Below, piece after piece: positions 46,992 to 56,665 of a stretch of DNA of 64,000 nt; within the stretch, counting starts at the first letter, position 1, and every line of letters starts with the position of its first letter. Origin of the DNA: an uncultured bacterium (lineage in GTDB: Bacteria > Planctomycetota > UBA1135 > GCA-002686595); the NCBI GenBank assembly GCA_943787795.1, contig CALSNU010000002.1, forward strand, positions 480,001 through 544,000, written 5' to 3'. A model generated the notes under the pieces. That model made no database searches. It saw only the letters and a list, made by a program, of their open reading frames with translations, and had not been told where the DNA came from. A program made the translations under genes and the position numbers.

Positions 46992-49900
46992 ATGCGGTCC
47001 CCTCACATACTCTCCGCCGGCGCCGCTCTGCTGGTGGCCTCGCTCCATGGCGCAGCGGGGGCCGAGGATGAGGCCGGGCCCGTGGACTTCGCGGGCCAGG
47101 TTCGGCCGCTGCTCTCCGACCGCTGCTTCCCGTGCCACGGCCCCGGCGTGGCGAAGCCCGCCGCAGGCCTGCGTCTCGACCTGCGAGACTCGGCCGTGGA
47201 CGAGCTGGGGTTCTCCGCCATCATCCCGGGCGCGCCCGGCGAGAGCGAGCTCGTGGCGCGCCTCCACCACCCCGACCCTGAACGGCGCATGCCACCGGCC
47301 TCTTCGAAGCTCGCGCTCGATGACGACGAGGCCGCTCTCCTCACCCGCTGGATCGAGGAGGGCGCCGAGTACGGTGAGCACTGGTCCTTCGTTCTGCCCA
47401 GGCGCGCGACGCCACCACCGTTCGACGCAAGCGCTTGGCCACTGGACGACATCGACCGCTTCGTCCTCGCGCGCCTCTCGGCGCGCGGATTGACGCCCGC
47501 CCCGGAGGCCGACGCCGCCACGCTCCTGCGGCGCGCCCACCTGGACCTGACGGGCCTCCCCCCGCGGCTCGCTGACCTCGACGCGTACCTCGCCGACGAG
47601 GCGCCGGACCGATACGAGCGGGCCGTGGACCGGCTCTTGGCCTCGGAGGCCCACGCCGAGCACCTGACCGCCCACTGGCTCGATGTCGCGCGCTACGCGG
47701 ACACCTTCGGCTATCAGTCCGACGTGGACACCCACCTCTGGCCGTGGCGCGACTGGGTCATCGAGGCCTTCCGCGAGAACCTCCCCTACGACCGCTTCCT
47801 GACCGAGCAGCTGGCGGGAGACCTCCTGCCGGACGCCGACCAGAGCACGCGACTGGCGACCGCCTTCAACCGCCTGCACCGGCAGACCAACGAGGGCGGG
47901 AGCGTCGAGGAGGAGTTCCGCGTCGAGTACGTGTGCGACCGCGTGGAGACCATGGCGGGCGCGTTCCTCGGCCTCACGGTCGGCTGCGCGCGCTGCCACG
48001 ACCACAAGTTCGACCCCATCACCCAACGCGACTTCTTCGGCCTCTTCGCGCTGTTCGACGGCATCGACGAGTCCGGCCTCTACTCCCACTTCACCAACGC
48101 CACCCCGACGCCGACCCTGGAGCTACCCTCCGAGGTCCAGGCGCGCCGGACCGCGGAGCTCGAGCAGAAGGTCTCCTACGCCCAGGAGGCCGCGAAGGGC
48201 GAGCCGATTCCGTGGCGCGAGGTACTCTCCACCACGTTCGATGGGACTAGTGAATTCGATGGGTCCGGTGAAGAGGGCCCACCGTTCCAGCTACGCGGCG
48301 GCGCGACCCTCTCAGGTGACGGCCCCGATCGGTCGATCGAGCTCGACGGCGAGAACTCGATCGTCTTCCCTGGCGTGGGCGTCTTCCGACGCGCCGACCC
48401 CTTCAAGATCGAGCTGGAGATGCGCTCGCCGGAGCCCTACGACCGCGCGGTGGTGCTCCACCGCACCAAGTCGTGGACGGACTCGGGGAGCAGGGGCTAC
48501 CAGCTCCTGGTGGACCAAGGCCGCCTCATGTTCTCCCTGGTCCACTTCTGGCCAGGAGACGCCATCGCCGTCCGGACCGTCGACCCTGCGCCCGTGGGCC
48601 AGTGGACCAACGTCGAGCTCCGCTACGACGGCTCGAGTCGAGCGGCGGGGATGGAGATCTGGATCGACGGCGAGCCCGCCGCCCTCGAGGTCGTCCGAGA
48701 CCGCCTGACCCGCACGATCCGCGGGGGCTCCATCGAGCACCTGACCATCGGGAGCCGCTTCCGGGACCGCGGCTTCAAGGGCGGGGCGGTGCGGGCCATG
48801 CGGGTGATGGCGCTGCCCTCCGAGGTCCCCAACCCCACGAACACCCTGCGCGCCGCCCGCGCCGTGCTCAACGATCACCGGGACCGCATCCGGCAGATCA
48901 TGACCATGCGGGAGGCGCCGGACCTGCCGGCCGCCCGGCGAACCGCCCACCTGCTCGGCCGGGGGCTCTACTCCGACCGGCGCGAAGAGGTGGCCCCGGC
49001 GACCCCCGGGTTCCTCCCGACCCTGCTCGAGGAGCCGGTGCGCTCGCGGCTGGACCTCTCCCGCTGGCTGACCCACCCCGACCACCCCCTGACCGCCCGG
49101 GTCCACGTGGACCGACTCTGGCGACTCGCCATGGGCCAAGGCCTCGTCCCGAGCCCCGAGGACCTGGGCAGCCAGAGCCGCCCGCCCGTCCACGCGGCCC
49201 TCCTGGACACCCTCGCCCGGGACCTGATCGAGTCCGGCTGGGACTCCCGCGCGCTGCTCCGGCGCATCCTCTGCTCCTCCACCTATCGCCAGTCCGCCGC
49301 GAGCCGCCAGAGCCTCGAGTTGGACCCCGGAAACGAGCTCCTGAGCCGGGCCAGCACCCGCCGCCTCAGCGCGGAGGTCATCCGGGACGCAGCGCTCGAG
49401 GCCGCCGGCCTGCTCGTCCACCGGGTCGGCGGGCCTCCGGTCCGCCCTTATCAGCCCCCCGGCCTCTGGCAGGAGAAGAGCGGCAAGGTGTACCGGGCCG
49501 GCCGCGGGGACGACCTCCGGCGCCGGAGCCTCTACACCTTCTGGCGACGGACCTCTCCGCCCCCCGCGATGACGATGTTCGACGCCCCGGCCCGTGAGGT
49601 CTGCCGCGTGGATCGCCCGGCGACGACCACGCCCCTCCAGGCCCTGGTCCTCTGGAACGACCCGCAGTTCGTCGAGGTCTCCCTCGCCCTCGCCAGGGGC
49701 GCGCTGGAGGTCAGCGGCCTCCCCTCGACGGAGACCACCGCCGCGAGCCTCGACGGGCAGCGGGTGGACTTCATGGTCCGATCCCTCGCCTCCCGGCCGC
49801 CCACCGCCGCCGAACGCGAGTCCATGACGGCGCTGCTCGCCGCCCAGCGAGCGGCGTATCGCGGCGACGTCGACGCGGCCCGCGAGCTGGCGAGCTACTC

Positions 49901-50054
49901 CCTCGAGCGCACCGCCCACCCCGCTCCTGATGCCCCGGCCCAGGGTGGCTCGGACCAGAATGAAGTGCCCGACGAGGTCGCCGTGGAGACCGCGGCCACC
50001 GCCGTGGTCGCCAGCACGCTCCTCGGGCTCCCTGACGTGGTGCAGAGACGATGA
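46992..50054 (+). CDS. Planctomycete cytochrome c / DUF1549 / LamG / DUF1553 protein
   Basis: CFPCH...MPP, WLDVARYADTFG, CARCHDHKFDP, LamG-like insert, RRLSAEVIRD, TTTPLQAL. Confidence 0.92.
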   Translation: MRSPHILSAGAALLVASLHGAAGAEDEAGPVDFAGQVRPLLSDRCFPCHGPGVAKPAAGLRLDLRDSAVDELGFSAIIPGAPGESELVARLHHPDPERRMPPASSKLALDDDEAALLTRWIEEGAEYGEHWSFVLPRRATPPPFDASAWPLDDIDRFVLARLSARGLTPAPEADAATLLRRAHLDLTGLPPRLADLDAYLADEAPDRYERAVDRLLASEAHAEHLTAHWLDVARYADTFGYQSDVDTHLWPWRDWVIEAFRENLPYDRFLTEQLAGDLLPDADQSTRLATAFNRLHRQTNEGGSVEEEFRVEYVCDRVETMAGAFLGLTVGCARCHDHKFDPITQRDFFGLFALFDGIDESGLYSHFTNATPTPTLELPSEVQARRTAELEQKVSYAQEAAKGEPIPWREVLSTTFDGTSEFDGSGEEGPPFQLRGGATLSGDGPDRSIELDGENSIVFPGVGVFRRADPFKIELEMRSPEPYDRAVVLHRTKSWTDSGSRGYQLLVDQGRLMFSLVHFWPGDAIAVRTVDPAPVGQWTNVELRYDGSSRAAGMEIWIDGEPAALEVVRDRLTRTIRGGSIEHLTIGSRFRDRGFKGGAVRAMRVMALPSEVPNPTNTLRAARAVLNDHRDRIRQIMTMREAPDLPAARRTAHLLGRGLYSDRREEVAPATPGFLPTLLEEPVRSRLDLSRWLTHPDHPLTARVHVDRLWRLAMGQGLVPSPEDLGSQSRPPVHAALLDTLARDLIESGWDSRALLRRILCSSTYRQSAASRQSLELDPGNELLSRASTRRLSAEVIRDAALEAAGLLVHRVGGPPVRPYQPPGLWQEKSGKVYRAGRGDDLRRRSLYTFWRRTSPPPAMTMFDAPAREVCRVDRPATTTPLQALVLWNDPQFVEVSLALARGALEVSGLPSTETTAASLDGQRVDFMVRSLASRPPTAAERESMTALLAAQRAAYRGDVDAARELASYSLERTAHPAPDAPAQGGSDQNEVPDEVAVETAATAVVASTLLGLPDVVQRR

Positions 50055-51451
50055 GGCCGCTCGACCCGAAGACGCGCCTCCACCTCGACCGGCGCGGGCT
50101 CCTCCAGGGAGCCACCCTGGGCCTCGCCGGCGCCGCCCTCGGGCGCCTCGGCCAGGCGCAGGACGCCCCGACCCTCCACCACGCCCCCCGCGCCAGGCGC
50201 GTGATCCACCTCTTCATGAGCGGTGGACCGTCCCAGCTCGACCTGTGGGATCCCAAGCCTGTCCTCCGCGAGCGGAACGGTGAGGAGCTCCCGGACTCGG
50301 TCCGCCAGGGGCAGCGGCTCACCGGCATGTCCGGCAACCAGGCCTCCCTGCCCCTCGCCGGCTCGATCTTCGAATTCAGCCAGCATGGGGAGAGCGGCAC
50401 CTGGGCGAGCGACCTCCTCCCGCACACCGCCGGGATCGTGGACGACCTCTGCGTGGTCCGGACGATGGTCACCGACGCGATCAACCACGACCCCGCGGCG
50501 ACGTTCCTGCTCACCGGTTCGGAGATCGCCGGGCGCCCCTCCCTCGGCGCGTGGCTGAGCTACGGCCTCGGCTCCCTCAACGGAGACCTGCCTGAGTTCT
50601 GCGTGATGGTGACCCAGGGCAAGGGGGGCCAGCCGCTCTACGAACGCCTCTGGGGCTCGGGCTTCCTCAGCGCCCGCCACGCGGGCGTCCAGTTCCGCAG
50701 CGGGAGCGAGCCGGTCCTCTTCCTCAACGACCCCCCGGGCATCGACCGCGCGACCCGCCGCAGGATGCTCGACGCCCTGCGCGGCGCGGCGGGGAGCGGC
50801 GACGACGCGGCCAGAGCGCGCATGGCCCAGGCGGAGCTCGCCTTCCGCATGCAGGTGTCCGTCCCCGAGGTCGCGGACCTCTCCGACGAGCCCGACTCCA
50901 CCTTCGAGCTCTACGGCGAGGACGCCAGGCGGCCGGGCAGCTACGCGGCCAACTGCCTGATCGCGCGGCGCCTCATCGAGCGCGACGTCCGCTTCGTCCA
51001 GCTCATCCACCAGGGCTGGGATCAACACGGGAGCCTGCCGGGCGCGATCCGCACCCAGTGCAGGGAGACCGACCAGGCGTCCGCGGCGCTGGTCACCGAC
51101 CTGAAGCGCCGCGGGCTGCTCGACGACACGCTGGTGATCTGGGGCGGTGAGTTCGGGCGGACCTGCTACAGCCAGGGTGCCCTGAGCCCCACGAACTATG
51201 GCCGCGACCACCACCCGCGCTGCGCGAGCCTCTGGATGGCCGGCGCCGGGGTCCGCGCCGGGACCACCCACGGCGAGACGGATGACTTCGGCTACAACGT
51301 CGCCCGCGACCCCGTGCACGTGCACGACCTGAACGCGACGCTGCTGCACCTGCTCGGGATCGACCATGAACGGCTGACCCACCGGCACCAGGGTCGCCGC
51401 TACCGGTTGACCGACGTGCACGGCTCGGTGATCGAGCCCCTGATCGGCTGA
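50051..51451 (+). CDS. DUF1501 family protein (Tat-exported)
   Basis: DRRGLL motif, VIHLFMSGGPSQLDLWDPKP, GWDQH, GGEFGRT, GRDHHP; ATGA overlap with the upstream gene. Confidence 0.92.
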   Translation: MRPLDPKTRLHLDRRGLLQGATLGLAGAALGRLGQAQDAPTLHHAPRARRVIHLFMSGGPSQLDLWDPKPVLRERNGEELPDSVRQGQRLTGMSGNQASLPLAGSIFEFSQHGESGTWASDLLPHTAGIVDDLCVVRTMVTDAINHDPAATFLLTGSEIAGRPSLGAWLSYGLGSLNGDLPEFCVMVTQGKGGQPLYERLWGSGFLSARHAGVQFRSGSEPVLFLNDPPGIDRATRRRMLDALRGAAGSGDDAARARMAQAELAFRMQVSVPEVADLSDEPDSTFELYGEDARRPGSYAANCLIARRLIERDVRFVQLIHQGWDQHGSLPGAIRTQCRETDQASAALVTDLKRRGLLDDTLVIWGGEFGRTCYSQGALSPTNYGRDHHPRCASLWMAGAGVRAGTTHGETDDFGYNVARDPVHVHDLNATLLHLLGIDHERLTHRHQGRRYRLTDVHGSVIEPLIG

Positions 51452-51628
51452 GCCCAAGGCGCGCGGTGGCTCCAGGGGAGACAGCCGCAGGGCCCTCGTC
51501 CCCTAGCGGGACAGTCTGAGGCCGAGTTTGCGCGACTCGAACGCGGGACGGGCTCTGGCTCAATGCCGGCGCTCGAGGGTGTCGATGCCTTTGGGGTGGG
51601 AGCCCTCTGGAGCTCTCCAACCCAGATC

Positions 51629-52525
51629 ATGAGCACCGAGAAGCGCCCCAAGATCGCATCCTTCGCTGTCGCAGCGTCCGCGATCCTCTGCCTGTTCATC
51701 TACAGCCTCGACGAGCCGAAGCCCCTTTCGTCCGACGAGGCTGAGACCCTCTCCTCCGTCAGCCTCATGCCAGTCGGCGGCCGGATCGAGATCCACTCCG
51801 AAGGGAGCAGGCTGGTTCGGGTCGAGCCCCGCGATGACGAGGAAGTGCGAGGGGGAGAGCCGATCGAATCGATGATCGAGGTCGAGGAGCCGGACGCCAT
51901 CGACGTCGCGGAGGCCCAGGCCAGCGAGGCTCGGGCCGCGCAGACCCTGCGGATCATCGCCATGGCCCAGCACCGGTTCCAGGAGGCGCGCACCGTGGAC
52001 ATCAACTGCGACCACCTGGGCGAGTTCGGTTACCTCGCCGAGCTCACGGGCACCGCAGAGCTACGCAGCGGCGGCAGCAACTCCACGCAGGACGTCTCCG
52101 AGCTGAACGCCTTCCTCCCGCCGAACTTCGCGGAGATGGTCTCGACGTCCGAAGGCGGCGCCTGCGAGCTTGGTGGCTACCTCTTCGCCGTGTACCTGCC
52201 CGCGACCCCGACCTTCAGCGGAGAGGTCACCGGGCTCGCTGAGGCGCTGCACGGCGGCAGCGGAGAGTCCATCCCTGACCCCAACCAGAGCGCTCTGCGA
52301 TGGTGCGCCTATGCCTGGCCGACCAGCGAGACCTTTCCGGCACGCCGAGCCTTCTTCCTCGACGCCTCCGGACTTGGCCTGAGCACCCCGAACGGCCCCG
52401 ATGCCCCGCAGCAGTACATCGGCGCTGCCCACGCGCCGAGCTGGGACGCGGCCTACGCACGCCCTGATATGTCGGGCCAAGTCGGCGGCGAAGAGACCTG
52501 CGACGAGAACGTCTGGAAGCCCTAG
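51629..52525 (+). CDS. Hypothetical protein with pilin-like/DUF2950-like C-terminal region
   Basis: N-terminal hydrophobic anchor; AAQTLRIIAMAQHRFQ, GEFGYLAELTG, GGYLFAVY, WCAYAWP, RRAFFLD. Confidence 0.6.
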   Translation: MSTEKRPKIASFAVAASAILCLFIYSLDEPKPLSSDEAETLSSVSLMPVGGRIEIHSEGSRLVRVEPRDDEEVRGGEPIESMIEVEEPDAIDVAEAQASEARAAQTLRIIAMAQHRFQEARTVDINCDHLGEFGYLAELTGTAELRSGGSNSTQDVSELNAFLPPNFAEMVSTSEGGACELGGYLFAVYLPATPTFSGEVTGLAEALHGGSGESIPDPNQSALRWCAYAWPTSETFPARRAFFLDASGLGLSTPNGPDAPQQYIGAAHAPSWDAAYARPDMSGQVGGEETCDENVWKP

Positions 52526-53808
52526 CGGCCTGAGCCTGGACGAGGGTCAGGGGCGTCCGGCTCGTGCTCTCCAGGGACCCGCTCCGCGGGACCCGCCGCC
52601 TGCGGTGCCCCGTAGGCCCTGACCAATGACGTGAGTGCCGCCGCCCGCGGCTTGAAGTCGCTCAGCGCCTCGGGTGCCGAGGTCGCGCCCCAGGACCGCT
52701 CCGCCAGGTAGGGGAGGACGCCCGAGAAGGCCTCAACGCCCTCGGCGCCGCGAACCTCCAGCTCTGAGCCGATCACGAGCGAGGAAGCCGCCCGCGCCTG
52801 ATCAGAATCCGCCGCTCCAGGGAAGCGCAGCGGGCTCCAGGAGTAAGCCGCCAGGTCGGGAGAGATGCGCGCCCGCTGCCCGCCAATCTGGGGCCCGCCA
52901 ATCTGGGGCCCGGCGATCTGGGGCTCGGCGATCTGGGGCTCAGGCCTCCAGGATCCGCCGGAGGTGATCAGGGGCCGACCGGCACGAATGAACGGGGTGA
53001 GGTCTGCTGGCTCTCCGGGGCGGCACAGGAGCGGACGCTCGCCTGGCACCTGATCCGCCCCTTGACTTGCGCGGGCGAAGGGCAGATCGCCCGATGGACG
53101 GTCCAGCACGATGGCGATCCCCCGGGCGGCAGCGTCTTCAGCGAGCCCCTGAACGAGCCCTTGAACAAGCGTCTGCTGGCGAACCTTCGACTCCTCGCCT
53201 GCGACGCCCGCGCCCTCGAGCACCAGGCCCTCGAGCACCAGCGCGTTGAACGACCCGAGGAAGAGGAGGTCGAGCAGGCGCTTCGCTGTGGGAAGGTCAA
53301 GCTCTCCGGAGAGCCGGACCGCGCGCCATCGAAAGCGCGGGGCGTCGTCGAGGCGGACGGGCGGCAGCGACCACCCCTGCGCGCCAGTTGGGTCCTCCGT
53401 GGAACCCTGCTCCAGGAGCTGCAGCATCCGCGCTGCCGCGCGGGCGACCCCATCCGGGGTGCGACCCGAGAGGGCCACGTGATCCTCGAACACCTCGATC
53501 GAGAGCGCCTCTGGGCCCTCGCCGACCGCGTCGGCCGTGTAGCCCAGGGTGAGCACGACGTCACCCGACCGCGAGGGAGGAGCCCCCATCACGACCTCCT
53601 GACCGAGCCGCGCCGAGAGCATCTCGGCCATCAGCCCGGCGAGGGGTTCGAGCTCGGCGACCTGGGTCACCACGCGGAGCTCATCCGGAATGACAAACGG
53701 CGAGAAGCGCGGCTGAGCCATGGCCACGCCGGGGACCGTGGGCGGAGGGGGCGGAGGCGTCCAGTCCTGGACGAGGGGAGCGGAGAGCGCGAGGAGGAGG
53801 GTAAGCAC
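52522..53808 (-). CDS. Degenerate GH20 (beta-hexosaminidase)-like protein
   Basis: GH20 domain-2-like region (EALSIEV...GVARAAARMLQL), DAPRFRWR and C-terminal LAERSWG; catalytic core motifs missing. Confidence 0.6.
   Translation of the reverse strand: MLTLLLALSAPLVQDWTPPPPPPTVPGVAMAQPRFSPFVIPDELRVVTQVAELEPLAGLMAEMLSARLGQEVVMGAPPSRSGDVVLTLGYTADAVGEGPEALSIEVFEDHVALSGRTPDGVARAAARMLQLLEQGSTEDPTGAQGWSLPPVRLDDAPRFRWRAVRLSGELDLPTAKRLLDLLFLGSFNALVLEGLVLEGAGVAGEESKVRQQTLVQGLVQGLAEDAAARGIAIVLDRPSGDLPFARASQGADQVPGERPLLCRPGEPADLTPFIRAGRPLITSGGSWRPEPQIAEPQIAGPQIGGPQIGGQRARISPDLAAYSWSPLRFPGAADSDQARAASSLVIGSELEVRGAEGVEAFSGVLPYLAERSWGATSAPEALSDFKPRAAALTSLVRAYGAPQAAGPAERVPGEHEPDAPDPRPGSGR
52882..52941 (-). 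repeat. 15-bp coding tandem repeat x4 (PQIAE/PQIAG/PQIGG/PQIGG)
   Basis: ATCTGGGGC recurs every 15 nt. Confidence 0.8.
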
Positions 53809-53990
53809 GGGGTGATCCTAGGCCCCATCCGCCCCGGCGACGACCCCAGGCCACTCCGAGGCCCCATTCGCGAGACACGCCCGAGGGGTTCGGCCCGAAT
53901 GGAAGGGACCAGGTGTCGTGACTTCAGCGGCGCCCGGCGGTCGCTTCAGACCCGACAGTCCGGGCCCTGGGACTCGACGGCGTCGCCCGG

Positions 53991-54083
53991 CTGAGTCCCT
54001 CAACTGAGTCCCTCAACTGGATCCGTCAACTGGATCCCTCAACTGGGTCCCTCAACTGGGTCCCTCAACTGGTCCCCCAGCTG
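53991..54083. repeat. Intergenic 13-bp tandem repeat (6 full + 1 partial copy)
   Basis: CTGAGTCCCTCAA x2, CTGGATCCGTCAA, CTGGATCCCTCAA, CTGGGTCCCTCAA x2, CTGGTCCCCCAG. Confidence 0.92.
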
Positions 54084-54147
54084 CGTGGCGATCCTGGACA
54101 GCCCCGCCCAGGAGCCTCTTCAGGGAGGCGCAGGCGCCCCCCCGGTT

Positions 54148-55029
54148 TCAGCCTCGGCGCGTGTGCTGAAGCGCGAAGGTCAGGGTGCTGTCTACCGCCA
54201 CCTCAAGGGTCTGGATGGACTCGGGGGACTCCAGCGGGTGTGAGGCACCCAACCCGTGATCCGCCCCCTCGATCAGGAGCGCCTCTCCGCGCTGCGCTCG
54301 CTCACTGAGCATCACCGCCGCGTCGTAGGCGACCGTCCCGTCCTCGAGTCCATGAATGGCGAGGAGAGGAGCTTGGAGCCGGCTCGCCGCGGCTGGGATG
54401 TTGAAGCGATCCACGTTCTGCTCGAAGTCCTCGAGGCCGGCGAGGCCCATCCTGTGCACCTGCCCTGTCCGGGCATTCGGGACCGGGAGGTACCCGTCCT
54501 CACGCCAGCGGGCCTTCATGGCCTCATCGAAGCGGTCGGCGTCTCCGATGGCGGCCCAGGTCACGAGGGCGGCCGGTGCCTCTTCAGCCGCCGAGATCAC
54601 CGCCATGCCGCCTCCGCGGCTGTGGCCGAACAGGACCTCCCTCTCCGGATCCACGCCTGGGAGGCTGCGCGCGAAGGTCCGCACCCGCGCCATGTCCTCG
54701 AGCTGGCGCGAGTACGAGTCGTTGAAGAATGCGTCCTCGTCATCCATCGCCATGGGGTCCTCGCCGACACCAGAGCCCGAGGTGTTCATGGAGACGACCA
54801 CGAACCCCGCCGCAGCCAATCGTCGGCTCAGGTGCGGGAAGAACCCCCAGTCCATGAACCCCTTGAAGCCGTGCACGAGGACCACGAAGGGACGGGTCGC
54901 GCCACCGCTGGGGACCTCAGGGGCGTCCGCGAGCTCGACTCGAACTCCAATCCTCCGGCCGGGCTGGTCGGGGTAGGTGAGGAAGATCCGCTCCTGATGG
55001 AGCCTCTCAGGCTGTGCTGGTTCTGCCAT
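54148..55029 (-). CDS. Alpha/beta hydrolase
   Basis: HGFKGFMDWGFF, GHSRGG nucleophile elbow, IHGLEDGTV, GADH. Confidence 0.9.
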   Translation of the reverse strand: MAEPAQPERLHQERIFLTYPDQPGRRIGVRVELADAPEVPSGGATRPFVVLVHGFKGFMDWGFFPHLSRRLAAAGFVVVSMNTSGSGVGEDPMAMDDEDAFFNDSYSRQLEDMARVRTFARSLPGVDPEREVLFGHSRGGGMAVISAAEEAPAALVTWAAIGDADRFDEAMKARWREDGYLPVPNARTGQVHRMGLAGLEDFEQNVDRFNIPAAASRLQAPLLAIHGLEDGTVAYDAAVMLSERAQRGEALLIEGADHGLGASHPLESPESIQTLEVAVDSTLTFALQHTRRG

Positions 55030-55045
55030 GGTGAAGCCGCGGAGG

Positions 55046-55876
55046 TTAGCCCTCCCGGAGATCAAGCAGCGCCTCCAGGTGCGGGAACACCTCGACAATC
55101 CTCCGCCAACCGGGCACCGGCTGCTCGCCAGAGAGGACGAACTTGACCTCGAGCGCCGCCGCGATCCCGCTCGCCGGCGCTGCCCCCTGGTGTCCCGCAT
55201 TGTCGGCGATGACGTAGAGGTCCTCCACATCGGTCGAGATCTCCCGCGCGCGCCGCGCGACCTCCCCGATCCGCGCCGGCTCGTAGGGCCCCTGACCCAC
55301 GAGCCGCAGCATGCCCACCGGTCCGGTCGCTCGGTGCCGGCGCGGCGGCGCATCCCAGCGCTCGTCCTCGTCCAGGTGAGCCAGGGACCACCCCGCCCCC
55401 GCAAGGACATCGAGCGCACGGCGCTCGTACCAGGAGCGGTGCCCCGCGCAAAGGACCAGCGGCGCGGGCGACAGGATGCGCGCGAGGTCCCCCAGGGCGC
55501 GGGCCTCCGATGGCCCGAAGAGCGTCCCGTCGGCGAGCGTCGCCACCAACCCGCCTAACCGCTCGCGGCGGACGAGCGGGGCGATGGAATCCCGGAAGCG
55601 TCCCGCGTCGGCGGCGCGCTCCTCTGGCGCCCTCGAGAGGTCCAGCACCGTGGACGGTACGCGCACGAGGAGCCGCGTTCGGGGTCGATCCTGCAGCGCG
55701 GCTGCCCAGCGCACGATGTGCTCCTCGCGCGGGAGAACGTGGGCTGTGACGTCGACCTCCACGGCCCCGAAGTACTGGCCCAAGAAATTGAGCGGGTCGA
55801 AGTCCAGGCCGCGCTGCAGCGGCCAGGCACGATCCAGCGCAGGGTGCGTCCACCCGGAGGGGCCGATACGGATCAC
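55046..55876 (-). CDS. DUF72-family protein (divergent)
   Basis: IRIGPSGW, YFGAVEVD, HRSW, LRLVG, YVIADN; GTG start overlaps the upstream TGA. Confidence 0.7.
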   Translation of the reverse strand: MIRIGPSGWTHPALDRAWPLQRGLDFDPLNFLGQYFGAVEVDVTAHVLPREEHIVRWAAALQDRPRTRLLVRVPSTVLDLSRAPEERAADAGRFRDSIAPLVRRERLGGLVATLADGTLFGPSEARALGDLARILSPAPLVLCAGHRSWYERRALDVLAGAGWSLAHLDEDERWDAPPRRHRATGPVGMLRLVGQGPYEPARIGEVARRAREISTDVEDLYVIADNAGHQGAAPASGIAAALEVKFVLSGEQPVPGWRRIVEVFPHLEALLDLREG

Positions 55877-56665
55877 CAGTCGACCTCCACGCCGAGCCGC
55901 CTCGCGGCCTCGACCTCCGCGGCCACCAGGGCGTCTCCAACCCCCTGGCTCACGGCTCGAAGGTCTTCATCCGTGGCGCCCGGATCCACGGAGATCGGTG
56001 CCCCGATGACCACCTGCACCCGACTGAAGGGCAAGGGGAGCAGGAACCGATCCCACGAGTTCAGGCGCGCGGCGCTGGCAGCGGCGAAGCCGAACGGGAC
56101 GATGGGGAGCCCGGAGTCCCTGGCCAGGAAGGCCGCACCGCGGTTCACGCGATGGATCGGGCCGCGTGGCCCGTCCGGCGTGATGGCGACCGCACCACCC
56201 CCGCTGAGCATCTCGCGCATCGACTTGAGCGCCCGCACGCCGTAGCGGCTTGAGGATCCTCGGAGCGTGCGGTAACCGAGCCGTTCCAGCGTGGTGTTGG
56301 CGAGCTCCCCGTCCCCGGACATGGACACGAGGATGACCGTGTTCACCCCCCGCGAAGACCGGTGCGGCCGCGGCCATCCGCCCGTGCCAGAGGACCGCCA
56401 CGCAGCCATCTCCACCCTCGAGGAGCTCCTCTCGCCGCTCGCTGTTGGCCACCTTGACACGCCACGTCCAGCCGAGCCCGCGCAGCAACGGGGGGACCAT
56501 GAGGGGCACCAGCGGTGACAGTACCCGCCGACGCAGGTCCCGAAAGCGGCGGCGCAGCGGCCCGTTCCGACGGGAACGGTCGCTGCGCTTGTACTGCCAG
56601 CCAGAGTCCGCGGCGCCCCCAGGTGAACGGACGTCCGAGGACTCCCCCTCACGGTCATCGGACAT
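55873..56665 (-). pseudogene. DUF374 / lysophospholipid acyltransferase family protein with an apparent +1 frameshift (possibly an assembly error)
   Basis: The N-terminal half (…VLWHGRM…PVFAG) and C-terminal half (VILVSMSGDGE, RGSSSR, ITPDGPRGP, SWDRFLLPLPFSR) join if one base is removed from the C6 run at 56346-56351. Confidence 0.85.

Noticed and set aside
53991..54083. CRISPR array or oriC 13-mers
   Set aside because: The units are contiguous with no spacers, there are no cas genes, and they are not AT-rich.
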